Assembly: GCA_039030635.1 (NCBI GenBank)
Contig: JBCCDT010000004.1
Coordinates: 862 to 64,861, forward strand
From: Pseudomonadota bacterium
Lineage (GTDB): Bacteria > Pseudomonadota > Alphaproteobacteria > Rhodobacterales > Rhodobacteraceae
Reading direction: 5' to 3'
DNA length: 64,000 nt
The notes under the pieces were generated by a model. The model did no database searches. It was given only the letters and a program-made list of their open reading frames with translations, and was not told the DNA's origin. This document shows, in pieces, positions 11,888 to 21,203 of the stretch (position 1 is its first letter; every line of letters starts with the position of its first letter). The position numbers and the translations under genes were made by a program.

Positions 11888-13060
11888 TCACAGGCTAAGG
11901 TCGGAAAAACAAAAAAGATCCACTGTGTGTGCGATCCCGCGCACCTTATGCGATCCGCACGCCGTAAACAGCTCTGGGGATGTTTCGGCAACTGCCATGG
12001 TTACGAGCACCCGATGCCCCGTGGATTTGGTTAAACCTTCGATCCTGCTGGCGACATTGACTGCTCCGCCAAGCACCGTAAAATCCAGCCGGCCAGGACT
12101 GCCGATATTGCCGTAGCTAACCTGACCCATATTTATCCCGACACCAATGTCGAGCGGCGGCTTGCTGTCCTCTTTGCGCCGATCATTGAGTTCGGCTAAT
12201 CCGATGAGCATTCCCTTGGCAGCGAGCGCCGCTTGTCGGCACTGATGCTGTCCGTTGGTAGTCGCCGAAATTGGGAAAATTGATAGAATGCCGTCACCCA
12301 TGAACTTCAAAACGTCACCGCCCCTTTCTTCAACGGCCTGTACTACGAGTTCGAAATAGGCATCTAAGGCATCAAAGACATCCTTCTCGCTGGAATTGTC
12401 GGAGAGTGCCGTGAAACCGCGTAGATCAGTGAACATTACCACGGCTTCTAGTGTTGTGCGCTCTCCGCGTTGAATGGTGCCGTTCCAAACCGCTTCGCTG
12501 GGGCCGTCCCCAAGATATGTGCGGAGAAGGCTTTTCGAAGATTTGCGCATAGTCATCGGTTCCATCGCCGACGAAAGCCCAGGTTTGGCTGCCTCTATCA
12601 TTTCCAAGTGTACGAGCGAAAAACCATTTGCTGATTGGGTGGCAAATGTGCAGCCGTGTTGTGAAAGATCACCATAGTACAACGAGGTCGCGTAGTAATC
12701 GGTGCCTCCCGCAGCCGCGAATTCAAGATAGGAAGAGTGGTCTTTTTCTGGATCGAGGTCACGTAGGCTCTTGTGCAAAGGGCGTTGGTTTTTAAAGATA
12801 TATTCGAAAGAGCTTCCCACATAATCATCTGTCAGCATACGTGCGTGAGTGACATCGTAGCTTTCCGTGCCGTCTGGCGTCCAGACGACACCCCAAGCAA
12901 TAAGCAATGGATTGGCAAACCGCTGACCAATGTTCACACGCCAAAGTGGGACGCCGGCATCGATCAAAGTCGAGCAGAAATACGAAACTACCTTGTTTGG
13001 GTCGTTAGAACAACGGCCCTCTGTCATCATCCAGTGATTGAGCTCATCGATCGCGTCCAT
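11888..13060 (-). CDS. Class III adenylate cyclase, soluble
   Basis: VMFTDLRGFT, VLKFMGDG (Lys indicates ATP specificity), GRLDFTVLGGAVNVASRIE; sampled 60-nt lines were 45-48% GC. Confidence 0.9.
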   Translation of the reverse strand: MDAIDELNHWMMTEGRCSNDPNKVVSYFCSTLIDAGVPLWRVNIGQRFANPLLIAWGVVWTPDGTESYDVTHARMLTDDYVGSSFEYIFKNQRPLHKSLRDLDPEKDHSSYLEFAAAGGTDYYATSLYYGDLSQHGCTFATQSANGFSLVHLEMIEAAKPGLSSAMEPMTMRKSSKSLLRTYLGDGPSEAVWNGTIQRGERTTLEAVVMFTDLRGFTALSDNSSEKDVFDALDAYFELVVQAVEERGGDVLKFMGDGILSIFPISATTNGQHQCRQAALAAKGMLIGLAELNDRRKEDSKPPLDIGVGINMGQVSYGNIGSPGRLDFTVLGGAVNVASRIEGLTKSTGHRVLVTMAVAETSPELFTACGSHKVRGIAHTVDLFCFSDLSL

Positions 13061-13193
13061 GGAGTCAGATTAACTGCTTACACGTAAAGTACAAATGCCA
13101 CGTAGTTGGAGAGTACTAACTGAAGGTTTGTCGCGTGTTAACCGAGACGATTACTCCCAAAGGCAGGCATTCGTCTGAAGATTGAGAAAAACC

Positions 13194-13413
13194 GCTTTGT
13201 CCGCGTTCCGGACATTTGGCAGACATTTGAGCCCGTTATCATTAGCGGCGCGGGATCAAGGCCCTCGGGCCGCCGCGCATCGTCGGGCCGCACACACGGC
13301 ACGGCGATTTTGCTGCACAGGGCGCACAGCTCAGATGGATTGCGGATGTTGCCGGGATAAAGCGCGGCTTGTCTGAGGTCAGATCGCCATACCGCGGCCC
13401 AACGATGCGCGGC
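13194..13413. repeat. ~220-bp repeat copy 1, ending in a 142-bp element (13272-13413) with 20-bp terminal inverted repeats
   Basis: GCTTTGTCCGC and TGAGCCCGT at the same 34-bp offset as in copy 2; TIRs GCCGCGCATCGTCGGGCCGC / GCGGCCCAACGATGCGCGGC. Confidence 0.8.
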
Positions 13414-13544
13414 TCACTTGTCCACAGGCTGAACGCCCATGAAGGTCACAGAGCCACCATCTAACATATTTCTCAACGATGCCTGAGGGGCGAATGGCTG
13501 TTTTGAGCCCGAATCAACCAACCCGCCGAGCATCCCCAAGGTCA

Positions 13545-14330
13545 CTAAGAGGGCACCATAGCCAGAACCCGCAGAGGGCTGCCCGATCCGTTTTGGATCT
13601 TCAAAGGTGCCGCGATGATCAGAGCGCCTTTCGCAGGGACACGATCTAATCTCGTCATGCACTGCAATCCAAGCTTTCCACGTCCGTTGAGGATTTCATG
13701 GACGGGGTATGGCGGCTCAAACAAGAATGACTGCCCTGCATCACTGCCAACGGTTTCCGTGCCAAAGCCCAGCACATCGCGCTCAAAAACGAGGAATTCT
13801 ACGGCTCCGACGTCTGGTCCCGGAGAATGAGAACCATCGGCTTTCCGATTTGTCCAATTCTTCGGGTCAGCGATTTTTCGCCAGTCAGACCTAAGAAAAA
13901 CCCAAGATCCGGCTTCGATTTCGCCATGTGTGTCTTCCCAGTCCTCAATGTGCTTGCGCGTCAGAATGAACCCTTTGTCTTTGGCGACCTCGTCGCTGCA
14001 ATCAATAACGCATGCAGGTGCAATGAATTGTTCGACGGCAATCGTGTCCACTGAATTGTTCGGGAGGTCCTTTCCTGTGACCCAATGAATTGGCGCGTCA
14101 AGGTGCGTGCCCGTGTGTTCAGACAGGGAAATATTATTCCAATACCAACGTGGACCCGCATCATCGTATTGCGAAATGACTTCCGATGTGAACTGGCGCC
14201 CTTGTTTCATCGGAGGCAGCATTTCAATGACGGGAAACTCAGGCGACAGAGTTTCTGTGAGGTCGACGATCTCCACACCGCCTTGCTTTATTGCGGCCGC
14301 GAGCAGGTCTAACATTTGAATACTGGACAT
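13545..14330 (-). CDS. Cyclase-family metal hydrolase (isatin hydrolase / kynurenine formamidase-like)
   Basis: EHTGTHLDAPIHW (HxGTHxDAP) and C-terminal AAPLKIQNGSGSPLRVLA. Confidence 0.9.
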   Translation of the reverse strand: MSSIQMLDLLAAAIKQGGVEIVDLTETLSPEFPVIEMLPPMKQGRQFTSEVISQYDDAGPRWYWNNISLSEHTGTHLDAPIHWVTGKDLPNNSVDTIAVEQFIAPACVIDCSDEVAKDKGFILTRKHIEDWEDTHGEIEAGSWVFLRSDWRKIADPKNWTNRKADGSHSPGPDVGAVEFLVFERDVLGFGTETVGSDAGQSFLFEPPYPVHEILNGRGKLGLQCMTRLDRVPAKGALIIAAPLKIQNGSGSPLRVLAMVPS

Positions 14331-14389
14331 CGGCTCTCAAACGCTCATGGGAAGATCTTTTTTGGGATCTGTGCCAGCGTACACCGACT

Positions 14390-14457
14390 TTCACCAGCGT
14401 GCGATAGGTCTTGGTAAGTCCCACCGCCCAAATCGCATGCTGATTCTCGGAAACCAT
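14390..14457 (-). pseudogene. Possible 5' remnant of an ABC ATPase gene
   Basis: MVSENQHAIWAVGLTKTY resembles ABC-ATPase N-termini (AIxAxGLTKxY), then degenerates with no Walker A. Confidence 0.2.
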
Positions 14458-14497
14458 GAACTGGCTTCTCAGCAAAAGTCAGTTTTGGAAAATGGCA

Positions 14498-14718
14498 GCT
14501 TTGTCCGCAATCCTGACGTTTGCTAAACCTGTGAGCCCGTGATCCGTAGTGGCGCGGAACCAAGGCCCAATGGGCCGCCGCGCATCGTCGGGCCGCCCAC
14601 ACGGCACGGCGATTTTGCTGAGCTAGGCGCATAGCTCGGGTCGTTTGCGGATTTAGCCGGGATAAACCGCTGCTGCTCACAAGTCAGATCGCCAAACCGC
14701 GGCCCGACGATGCGCGGC
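14498..14718. repeat. ~220-bp repeat copy 2, ending in a 142-bp element (14577-14718) with perfect 20-bp terminal inverted repeats
   Basis: Ungapped manual alignment to copy 1 over the 142-bp part gives 21 mismatches (~85% identity). Confidence 0.8.
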
Positions 14719-14850
14719 TCTGTTGCGCGATACGCATACGGTTGCTTTGTCCGCTTAGCGCCCTTGTTTCGTTCCAGCGTTTCGCTTTTCTTTGGGGCAA
14801 CCCGTCGCCATTGGGCTTGACACATTGGCGCGTTAAGGGCGCCCGCCCCA

Positions 14851-14878
14851 AGGTTCTTGGAAAAAGAATGAAGCAAGG
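14851..14878 (+). repeat. Right degenerate direct repeat of the island
   Basis: AGGTTCTTGGAAAAAGAATGAAGCAAGG matches 11721-11748 at 24/28 positions. Confidence 0.6.
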
Positions 14879-15039
14879 ACGTATTCATTGCGGCGTGCCC
14901 GATTTCGCAGGGGCTTGACGGAATTTCAACGGGTCTGTGGTGAATTTTGCAGAGGAGTGAGTGATTGTTTCCAGATCGGCAACGGACATGTATAGTTTCT
15001 TCCAGCAGACAGGCAAACCGATCACGAAAGAGATGATCC

Positions 15040-15783
15040 ATGGGTATTGATGCACAGCTGGCCACCCAACTGATCGCCGCGCGCGGGTTGGTTGAGGGTA
15101 AGAAAACCGGCGTCATGCTGGGCCGGCAGAAGTTTCATATCAAAGGTAAATTTCGCCGCTTCGTGCGGCAGCATTTGCGCCGCGCGGGCTTTGATCCGGC
15201 CATTCCGGTGTATGAACAGGACGACGGGTTTTCGGAAACGTTTCTGACCAAGATCGGCTATCCGGAAATGAAATCGCTCGATGCTTCACCCTATGAACAC
15301 TGCGATTTGGTCCATGACATGAATGAACCGCTGCCCAAAAAGCTGCGCTCAAAATTCGATGTGATCATTGATGGCGGCACGTTGGAGCATGTCTACAACA
15401 CGCCGCAAGCGCTCGATAACGTGTTTCACATGCTCAAACGCGGCGGGATTTTCATCTCGATCAACGGGATCACCGGCTGGGCCGGGCATGGGTTTTATCA
15501 GTTCAGCCCCGAACTTGTCTGGCGCTATTGGAAGGACGCGCGGCGCTGCATTCTCCATGAATGCGTGGCCGTGCCTCATGATGTGAACGATGGAAAACCG
15601 CGCCCCGCGCCCGATACCGGCGAAAAGGGGCGGCGCGTCCGCGGGGCGGGCATGCAGGGGCGGTGGTATCTCTACTACGTCATCGAAAAGGGCAAGGATG
15701 CCGTCAAGGATGAGCGGATCACCAACGTGAGCCAGGGCGATTACTCCGTGCGCTGGGATGCCGGCGCAGAGGCCGCAGAATAG
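15040..15783 (+). CDS. Class I SAM-dependent methyltransferase-like protein
   Basis: SLDAS...DLVHDMN...FDVIIDGGTLEHV...LKRGG motifs. Confidence 0.75.
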   Translation: MGIDAQLATQLIAARGLVEGKKTGVMLGRQKFHIKGKFRRFVRQHLRRAGFDPAIPVYEQDDGFSETFLTKIGYPEMKSLDASPYEHCDLVHDMNEPLPKKLRSKFDVIIDGGTLEHVYNTPQALDNVFHMLKRGGIFISINGITGWAGHGFYQFSPELVWRYWKDARRCILHECVAVPHDVNDGKPRPAPDTGEKGRRVRGAGMQGRWYLYYVIEKGKDAVKDERITNVSQGDYSVRWDAGAEAAE

Positions 15784-15799
15784 CGCGAGGCATGCAAGC

Positions 15800-16729
15800 A
15801 TGAGCGCCAAGGACACGCCAGACCCCAGCCCCGCCACAGAGCAGATCGACAAACCGATGTGGCTGGATGAGATCGGACCGGGCGGCACGGCGTCGGGGTT
15901 TCTTCACGCCGATCCGCATCACCCGATGATGTTCGTCAAACGCCGCAGGCCCATCCTGATGGTGACCTTCGACAACCTCTCAAACGTCAATGATCGCGAT
16001 CCTGCGCGCCTGCCCTGGGCCTACAAATTCGCCCGCGACAATCAGCTGTGCCACCTGGGTGTCTATGCCAACCTGGCCAATTGGTATCGCGATGCGACGC
16101 TGATTGAAAAAATGCAGGCGATGGCCAAAGACGGCTTCTTTGAAGGCTATGATCGCTGCGTCTTTTCCGGCTCTTCCATGGGCGCGTTTGCATCGCTGGT
16201 GTTTGGTCAGTTGGCGCCCAATGCCCATGTGATGGCCTTCAACCCGCAATCGACCCTCGATGAGGCGAAAGTGCCTTGGGAGGAGCGGTATCTGACAGGG
16301 CGGCGGCAGGATTGGACGCTCCCCCTGGGCGATGCGGCCGATGCCATTGGCCGGGTGGAGCGGGCCTTTGTCTTTTATGACCCGTATTTTGAACCCGACC
16401 AAAACCATGTGGATCGGTTGCTGGCGGGCAAGGGCGCGGGCAAGACCACGACCTTGATGAAATGCTGGTATTCCAGCCATAAATCCGCGGTGTTTCTGCG
16501 CAAGATCGGCGCGCTCAAGCCGCTTATGATGGAGGCCGCGCTGGGCGATCTGACGGCGCATCAGTTCTACCAGATGTATCGCGATCGGCGTCGCCTGCCG
16601 TGGTATCGCGGGTCTCTGTCGCATTATTTTGAAGAACGCGACCGCCCAGAGATGGTCGCGCGGACCAAGACCGCCTTTCGGCGCGCCCAGCGCAAAATGG
16701 CCAAGACCACGATTGACCGGAGCCTCTGA
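15800..16729 (+). CDS. Alpha/beta-hydrolase-fold protein (putative esterase)
   Basis: GSSMG nucleophile elbow, AFNPQS, FYDPY; ATG 15800; stop abuts the next start. Confidence 0.7.
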   Translation: MSAKDTPDPSPATEQIDKPMWLDEIGPGGTASGFLHADPHHPMMFVKRRRPILMVTFDNLSNVNDRDPARLPWAYKFARDNQLCHLGVYANLANWYRDATLIEKMQAMAKDGFFEGYDRCVFSGSSMGAFASLVFGQLAPNAHVMAFNPQSTLDEAKVPWEERYLTGRRQDWTLPLGDAADAIGRVERAFVFYDPYFEPDQNHVDRLLAGKGAGKTTTLMKCWYSSHKSAVFLRKIGALKPLMMEAALGDLTAHQFYQMYRDRRRLPWYRGSLSHYFEERDRPEMVARTKTAFRRAQRKMAKTTIDRSL

Positions 16730-18721
16730 ATGAGCACGCGGGCCTATGTGGCGACCGCCGTGTCGCATGAAGCGCCGTTCCTTTTGGAATGGGTGGCGCA
16801 TCATCGGGCCATGGGCTTTGCCGGGGTGATCCTGTTTACCTATGGCGGTGAGGATGGAACCGCTGCGATGGTCGATCGATTGCACGAGATGGGCCATGCC
16901 CACCGGGTGCCGATGCAGGTCAAGAAAAGCAAAGACCCCATGCGCCAGGCGATGCGCGATCTGCCCGAAGTGGCCAAGGGGATCGGGGCAGACTGGTGCC
17001 TTGTCGCCCATATTGATGAGTATCTGCACATCACCGCGGGCGACGGCAAAGTCACCGATCTGATTGCGGCCTGCGGCACGCCCGATGCCATTTCCATTGC
17101 GCGGCGGGCCTTCGGCTCCTCTGGTGTGCGGGGCATCCCCCAAGGACAGCTGCGCGAGACGCACAGGCTTGCGGCCCCGCCTGAGGCGCGCGGATCGATG
17201 GTGACCAAAGGGATCAAGACGCTTTTCAAGGTGGACGCGATCACCCGCGTGGCCCCGCACAGGCCCTATTTCCCCGAAGGCTCCGCGCCCAATTGGGTGG
17301 ATGCGGGCGGGCAGCCGATGCCAAAGACGTATCTTGAGGGGAAATGGACCGCGCATAAGGACTTCGCCAACACCCATGCGCGGCTGCATTATTATGCGGT
17401 GCCGTCGCCCGAGGTGCTGATGATTCGGGGCGGCGTGCCCAAACCTGGCAAGCACAAGGCCTTCGAAAGCGATTGGCGCAAGCTTGACCTCAATGAGGTG
17501 GCCGATGACAGCATGGGCCGCGCCGTGGGCCTGTCTGACCCATTGCTGGCCGCGCTGCACGGCGATGCGGCGCTCAACACGCTCTTGCAGACAGGGCGCG
17601 CCTGGCATGTGGCACGGGCGGCAGAGCTGTTGCAGGACCCAGAGATCAAGGCGCTGTGTGATCGGCTGTCGGGGACCGACGATGCAGACAGTCGCGGCAC
17701 AGTGCGCAGCTCACCACGTGGGGGAGGTGGCAAGTACCTTCCCCCGCCGGTGCGGCCAATCCGGTTCAAGATCAAACCGTCCAAAACCGGTGAGACGCAA
17801 ACCGTGCTGCATGGCGGTTTTCACAAGACGGCGACCACCTATTTGCAGCGGCTGTTGGAGGACAATGACGCCTGGCTGGGATCGCAAAGCGTCTATGTCG
17901 TGCCGCATCTCAAACTGCGCAAGCACATCACCTTTCCGTCGCAGCTCGATGCCTATCGCAAGCTCAAGATTTGGCGCAGAACGCGATTTTCCGAAGAAGA
18001 GCTGCAAGGCTTTCAGGATGCGTTTTTCAAGGACTCGCTCAAGGCCAAGCCCGCGCGCATGATCCTGTCGGATGAAAACCTGCCCGGATTGCCCGCGCAT
18101 TGCGTGACCACAGGGATGCTCTATCAACACAGGCGGGCGTTTTTCGGGGCCTTTGCCAAGCGCATGCCGATGCCGATCACGGATGCCTTCTTTGCCATTC
18201 GCAACTACGCGGATTTCTTTGCGTCCTCCTACATCGAATACCTGCGCGCGGCGACCACGACGACCACAGGGCACATGGACACGCCCGAGGTGATGCGCCG
18301 GAATGTGTTTGGATCACTGCCCAACTGGATGCGCGTCTTTGATGATTTTGAAGATGCTTTTCCGGGCGTGCGCATCCATGTCTGGCGCTTTGAGGATTTC
18401 CGCGCCCTGACCCCGCAGATCTTGCAAAGTTTCTGCGGTGAGGGGGTCGATGTCTCCAAATTCAAACCCCCGAAGGAGCGCAACGCCCGCCCCTCTGCCT
18501 CCGCCCGCGCGGTGGATGAGCTTGTTTTGATGTCCGAGTTGGAAGGCGCAGCCGCAATGGCAGAGCACGCCAAGACGGTGCAGGACATGTACCCCCAAGG
18601 CGATGATTACGAACGTTACGACCCCTGGACCGCGCAAGAGCGGGCACATCTGACCGCGCTCTATGATCGCGATTGGCAGGCGCTCTGCAATGACGCGCGG
18701 TTTGTGACGCTGACGCCTTAG
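16730..18721 (+). CDS. Fusion of a GT-A glycosyltransferase (GT2-like) and a sulfotransferase-like P-loop domain
   Basis: N-terminus APFLLEWVAHHRAMGF and HIDEY (DxD-like); C-terminus VLHGGFHKTATTYLQ (PAPS-binding-like) and ILSDENL; Gly/Pro linker. Confidence 0.7.
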   Translation: MSTRAYVATAVSHEAPFLLEWVAHHRAMGFAGVILFTYGGEDGTAAMVDRLHEMGHAHRVPMQVKKSKDPMRQAMRDLPEVAKGIGADWCLVAHIDEYLHITAGDGKVTDLIAACGTPDAISIARRAFGSSGVRGIPQGQLRETHRLAAPPEARGSMVTKGIKTLFKVDAITRVAPHRPYFPEGSAPNWVDAGGQPMPKTYLEGKWTAHKDFANTHARLHYYAVPSPEVLMIRGGVPKPGKHKAFESDWRKLDLNEVADDSMGRAVGLSDPLLAALHGDAALNTLLQTGRAWHVARAAELLQDPEIKALCDRLSGTDDADSRGTVRSSPRGGGGKYLPPPVRPIRFKIKPSKTGETQTVLHGGFHKTATTYLQRLLEDNDAWLGSQSVYVVPHLKLRKHITFPSQLDAYRKLKIWRRTRFSEEELQGFQDAFFKDSLKAKPARMILSDENLPGLPAHCVTTGMLYQHRRAFFGAFAKRMPMPITDAFFAIRNYADFFASSYIEYLRAATTTTTGHMDTPEVMRRNVFGSLPNWMRVFDDFEDAFPGVRIHVWRFEDFRALTPQILQSFCGEGVDVSKFKPPKERNARPSASARAVDELVLMSELEGAAAMAEHAKTVQDMYPQGDDYERYDPWTAQERAHLTALYDRDWQALCNDARFVTLTP

Positions 18722-18878
18722 CGTGCGCGCGAAACGCACGTAATTTACCTATAATTTTCAGCATATTGTCCCCCCGATACAAAGCCTGATTAACCTCGAT
18801 TGAGGATGCTCCGCGTGCGGGGCGCTGCGTATTTCACCGGGCCCTTTGACCACTGCAACAGGTTTAGGGGCGTCCGGC

Positions 18879-20156
18879 ATGGCAGAAGTTGCGCGTTACA
18901 CATTTGACGAAGCACCCGGTTCCACCGTCGCGCAAGACAGTGACACCACCGATGGTGCCGCACAGAACGGCACTTTTCAAAATGGGGCCACGACCGATGG
19001 CAACGGCTCCGGCGTGTTCGATGGGGAGGATGATTATGTCGAAATCCCCCATGATTCCGCCTTTGATCTTGATAGCGGCTCTATCGCCATCACCTTCACG
19101 CAGGATACGGCCTCAACCGGCAACAACCCCTGGGGCGGCAATGCGGCCCAGACCTTGTTTTCGAAGGATTCCACCGGCCTGGACGACGGTGGCCATCTCA
19201 CAATTTACATCAAGTCGGACGGCAGCGTCGGCGTGCGCCACCAAGACACGGACAGTTCGCACAACTTTGAGGGTGGCAACGTCACCTTGGGCCAACCGAC
19301 ATCGGTGATCTATTCCTGGGGCCCCGATGGCAGCCAGCTGATCGTCGATGGGGTCGTCGTGGATAGCGGGGCAGAGCCCCTGACCCTGGCTGGCAATTCC
19401 GAGCCGATCACCATCGGCGCGACACAGGCCCAAAGCGGAGACGGCCAGGCTAACAACTTGCAAGGTTTCTTCGATGGCCAAATCGAAGAGGTTGCCATTT
19501 CCGGTGAACCGGCCGGATCCAGTTCCGTGCCCTGCTTCACCAAGGGCACGCTCATCGCGACGCCTCGGGGCGAGGTGCCGATTGAAACGCTGCGCGTCGG
19601 CGATCTGGTCTGCACGCTGGATCACGGGCCGCAGCCCATCCGCTGGATCGGATCGCTTGAGGTCTATCTGGGTCGCCATGCGGCTGGCGAAGACACGCTT
19701 CGCCCAATCCGCATCACCGCCGGTGCCTTGGGGCATAACTTGCCGAAACGGGATTTGCTGATCTCGCGGCAGCATCGCATGTTGATCTCTTCCAAGATTG
19801 CCGCCCGCATGTTCGAAAGTGACAAAGTGCTGGGCGCGGCGATCAAACTGACGGCGCTGCCCGGCATTTTCATCGACACGCGCCAGCGTCACGTCGAATA
19901 TTTCCACATGATGTTTGACCGCCATCAGGTCGTTTTCGCCGAAGGCGCCCCATCCGAAAGCCTGTACACTGGGGTGGAAGCGCTCAAAGCGGTCTCCGCC
20001 ACGTCACGGGCCGAGATCCTGACACTGTTTCCAGAGCTTGCCACCCGGTCCCAAGCGCCGACACCCGCGTTCCCGATCCCGCCCAGTCGCCGCATCAAGG
20101 CCCTGATGGAGCGTCATGCCAAGAACAACAAACCGCTCTTGCAAAACCTTGGGTGA
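18879..20156 (+). CDS. LamG (laminin G-like) domain + Hint (BIL-type) domain protein
   Basis: LamG motifs (ITIGA, FFDGQIEEVAI), then VPC|FTKGTLIATPRG, ISRQHR, YFHMMFDRHQVVFAEG; ATG 18879. Confidence 0.85.
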   Translation: MAEVARYTFDEAPGSTVAQDSDTTDGAAQNGTFQNGATTDGNGSGVFDGEDDYVEIPHDSAFDLDSGSIAITFTQDTASTGNNPWGGNAAQTLFSKDSTGLDDGGHLTIYIKSDGSVGVRHQDTDSSHNFEGGNVTLGQPTSVIYSWGPDGSQLIVDGVVVDSGAEPLTLAGNSEPITIGATQAQSGDGQANNLQGFFDGQIEEVAISGEPAGSSSVPCFTKGTLIATPRGEVPIETLRVGDLVCTLDHGPQPIRWIGSLEVYLGRHAAGEDTLRPIRITAGALGHNLPKRDLLISRQHRMLISSKIAARMFESDKVLGAAIKLTALPGIFIDTRQRHVEYFHMMFDRHQVVFAEGAPSESLYTGVEALKAVSATSRAEILTLFPELATRSQAPTPAFPIPPSRRIKALMERHAKNNKPLLQNLG

Positions 20157-20255
20157 TCGAAGCCGCCGCCAAAGTGCCGCGCTGATCAGCGTGTCAGCCT
20201 GCGGTGTTGCGCGCGGTCAAAGTCACGGGGACCCCAAAGCGCGGCATGCGCCTTC

Positions 20256-21203
20256 TCAGGCCTGCCGACGCTGCGACAAACCCGGCACATAGCGGGTCCG
20301 CGCCGCGCTTTCCTGTGTCAGCCAGCGGGTCACCACATCGCTTTCCGCATGTCGCGGCGCACCCTGGCGGCGCAACAGGTAATAGCCGGAATTTGTGCGC
20401 ACATGGGTATCGCCCAATGGCTTGACCAAGGATCCATCTTGCAAGTGGCGATCCACCAAATGCCCCCACCCCAACGCGATCCCAAGCCCGTCAAGTGCCG
20501 CTTGAATGGCCAAAGGGTAGGTGTTGACGAAGGTCGAATGGCGCACATCCGGCGCCGTGCTCAATTCCGACAGCCATGTTTTCCAGTTCAGCCATTCCGT
20601 GTGATTGCTGGTCACTTCGATCAGGGATTGAGCCAACAGGTCTTCGGGCCGCTCAAGATGCGGATGATTGTTCACGTACCCGGGGGCACAGACCGGAAAA
20701 ACGGTCTCGCCAAACAGCCGCTGCGCGTCATACCCCGGCCACTCCCCATCGCCGCGCAAAATGGCCAGGTCAAACGCGTCGGTCAGGCATTCACTGTCCA
20801 AATCCGACGAAAACAGGTTGATCGTCACATTATGGTTCGACATCTGGAATTTACGCAGCCGCGGCATCAACCACAGCGACGCGACAGAATTGGTCGCGGC
20901 CATGCGCACGGTCGATCGGCCCTGACCCTCCAGCATGGTCTCGGAAACGCGTTCCAGGGCTTTCAACGCGGGCGTGATCCCGCTGAGCAGTTTGCGCCCA
21001 TGATCCGTTAATTGCACCGACCTGTGGCCGCGCAAGAACAACGCACAGCCGAAATGGCTCTCTAACAGGCGGATTTTCCGGCTGACCGCCGTCTCGCTCA
21101 CATTGAGTTCCTTGGCTGCGGCGGCAAAGCTTTCCATCTCCGCGGCGGCCTCAAACGCCAGCAGATAGTCAAGACGCGGCAACGCGGTGCGATTCTTGAG
21201 CAT
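20256..21203 (-). CDS. LysR-family regulator (GcvA-like), divergent from tmoX
   Basis: LAFEAAAEMESFAAAAKELNVSETAVSRKIRLLE helix-turn-helix. Confidence 0.93.
   Translation of the reverse strand: MLKNRTALPRLDYLLAFEAAAEMESFAAAAKELNVSETAVSRKIRLLESHFGCALFLRGHRSVQLTDHGRKLLSGITPALKALERVSETMLEGQGRSTVRMAATNSVASLWLMPRLRKFQMSNHNVTINLFSSDLDSECLTDAFDLAILRGDGEWPGYDAQRLFGETVFPVCAPGYVNNHPHLERPEDLLAQSLIEVTSNHTEWLNWKTWLSELSTAPDVRHSTFVNTYPLAIQAALDGLGIALGWGHLVDRHLQDGSLVKPLGDTHVRTNSGYYLLRRQGAPRHAESDVVTRWLTQESAARTRYVPGLSQRRQA

Noticed and set aside
11700-14880. Classical integron
   Set aside because: No intI, and no RYYYAAC...GTTRRRY attC structures after the genes.
14523-15116. 197-aa ORF spanning the repeat element
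   Set aside because: Overlaps the methyltransferase in antisense, reads through the palindromic element, and has no transposase or other motif.
15980-17608. 542-aa minus-strand ORF
   Set aside because: Antisense shadow of the hydrolase and GT fusion genes; no motifs; expected in high-GC DNA.
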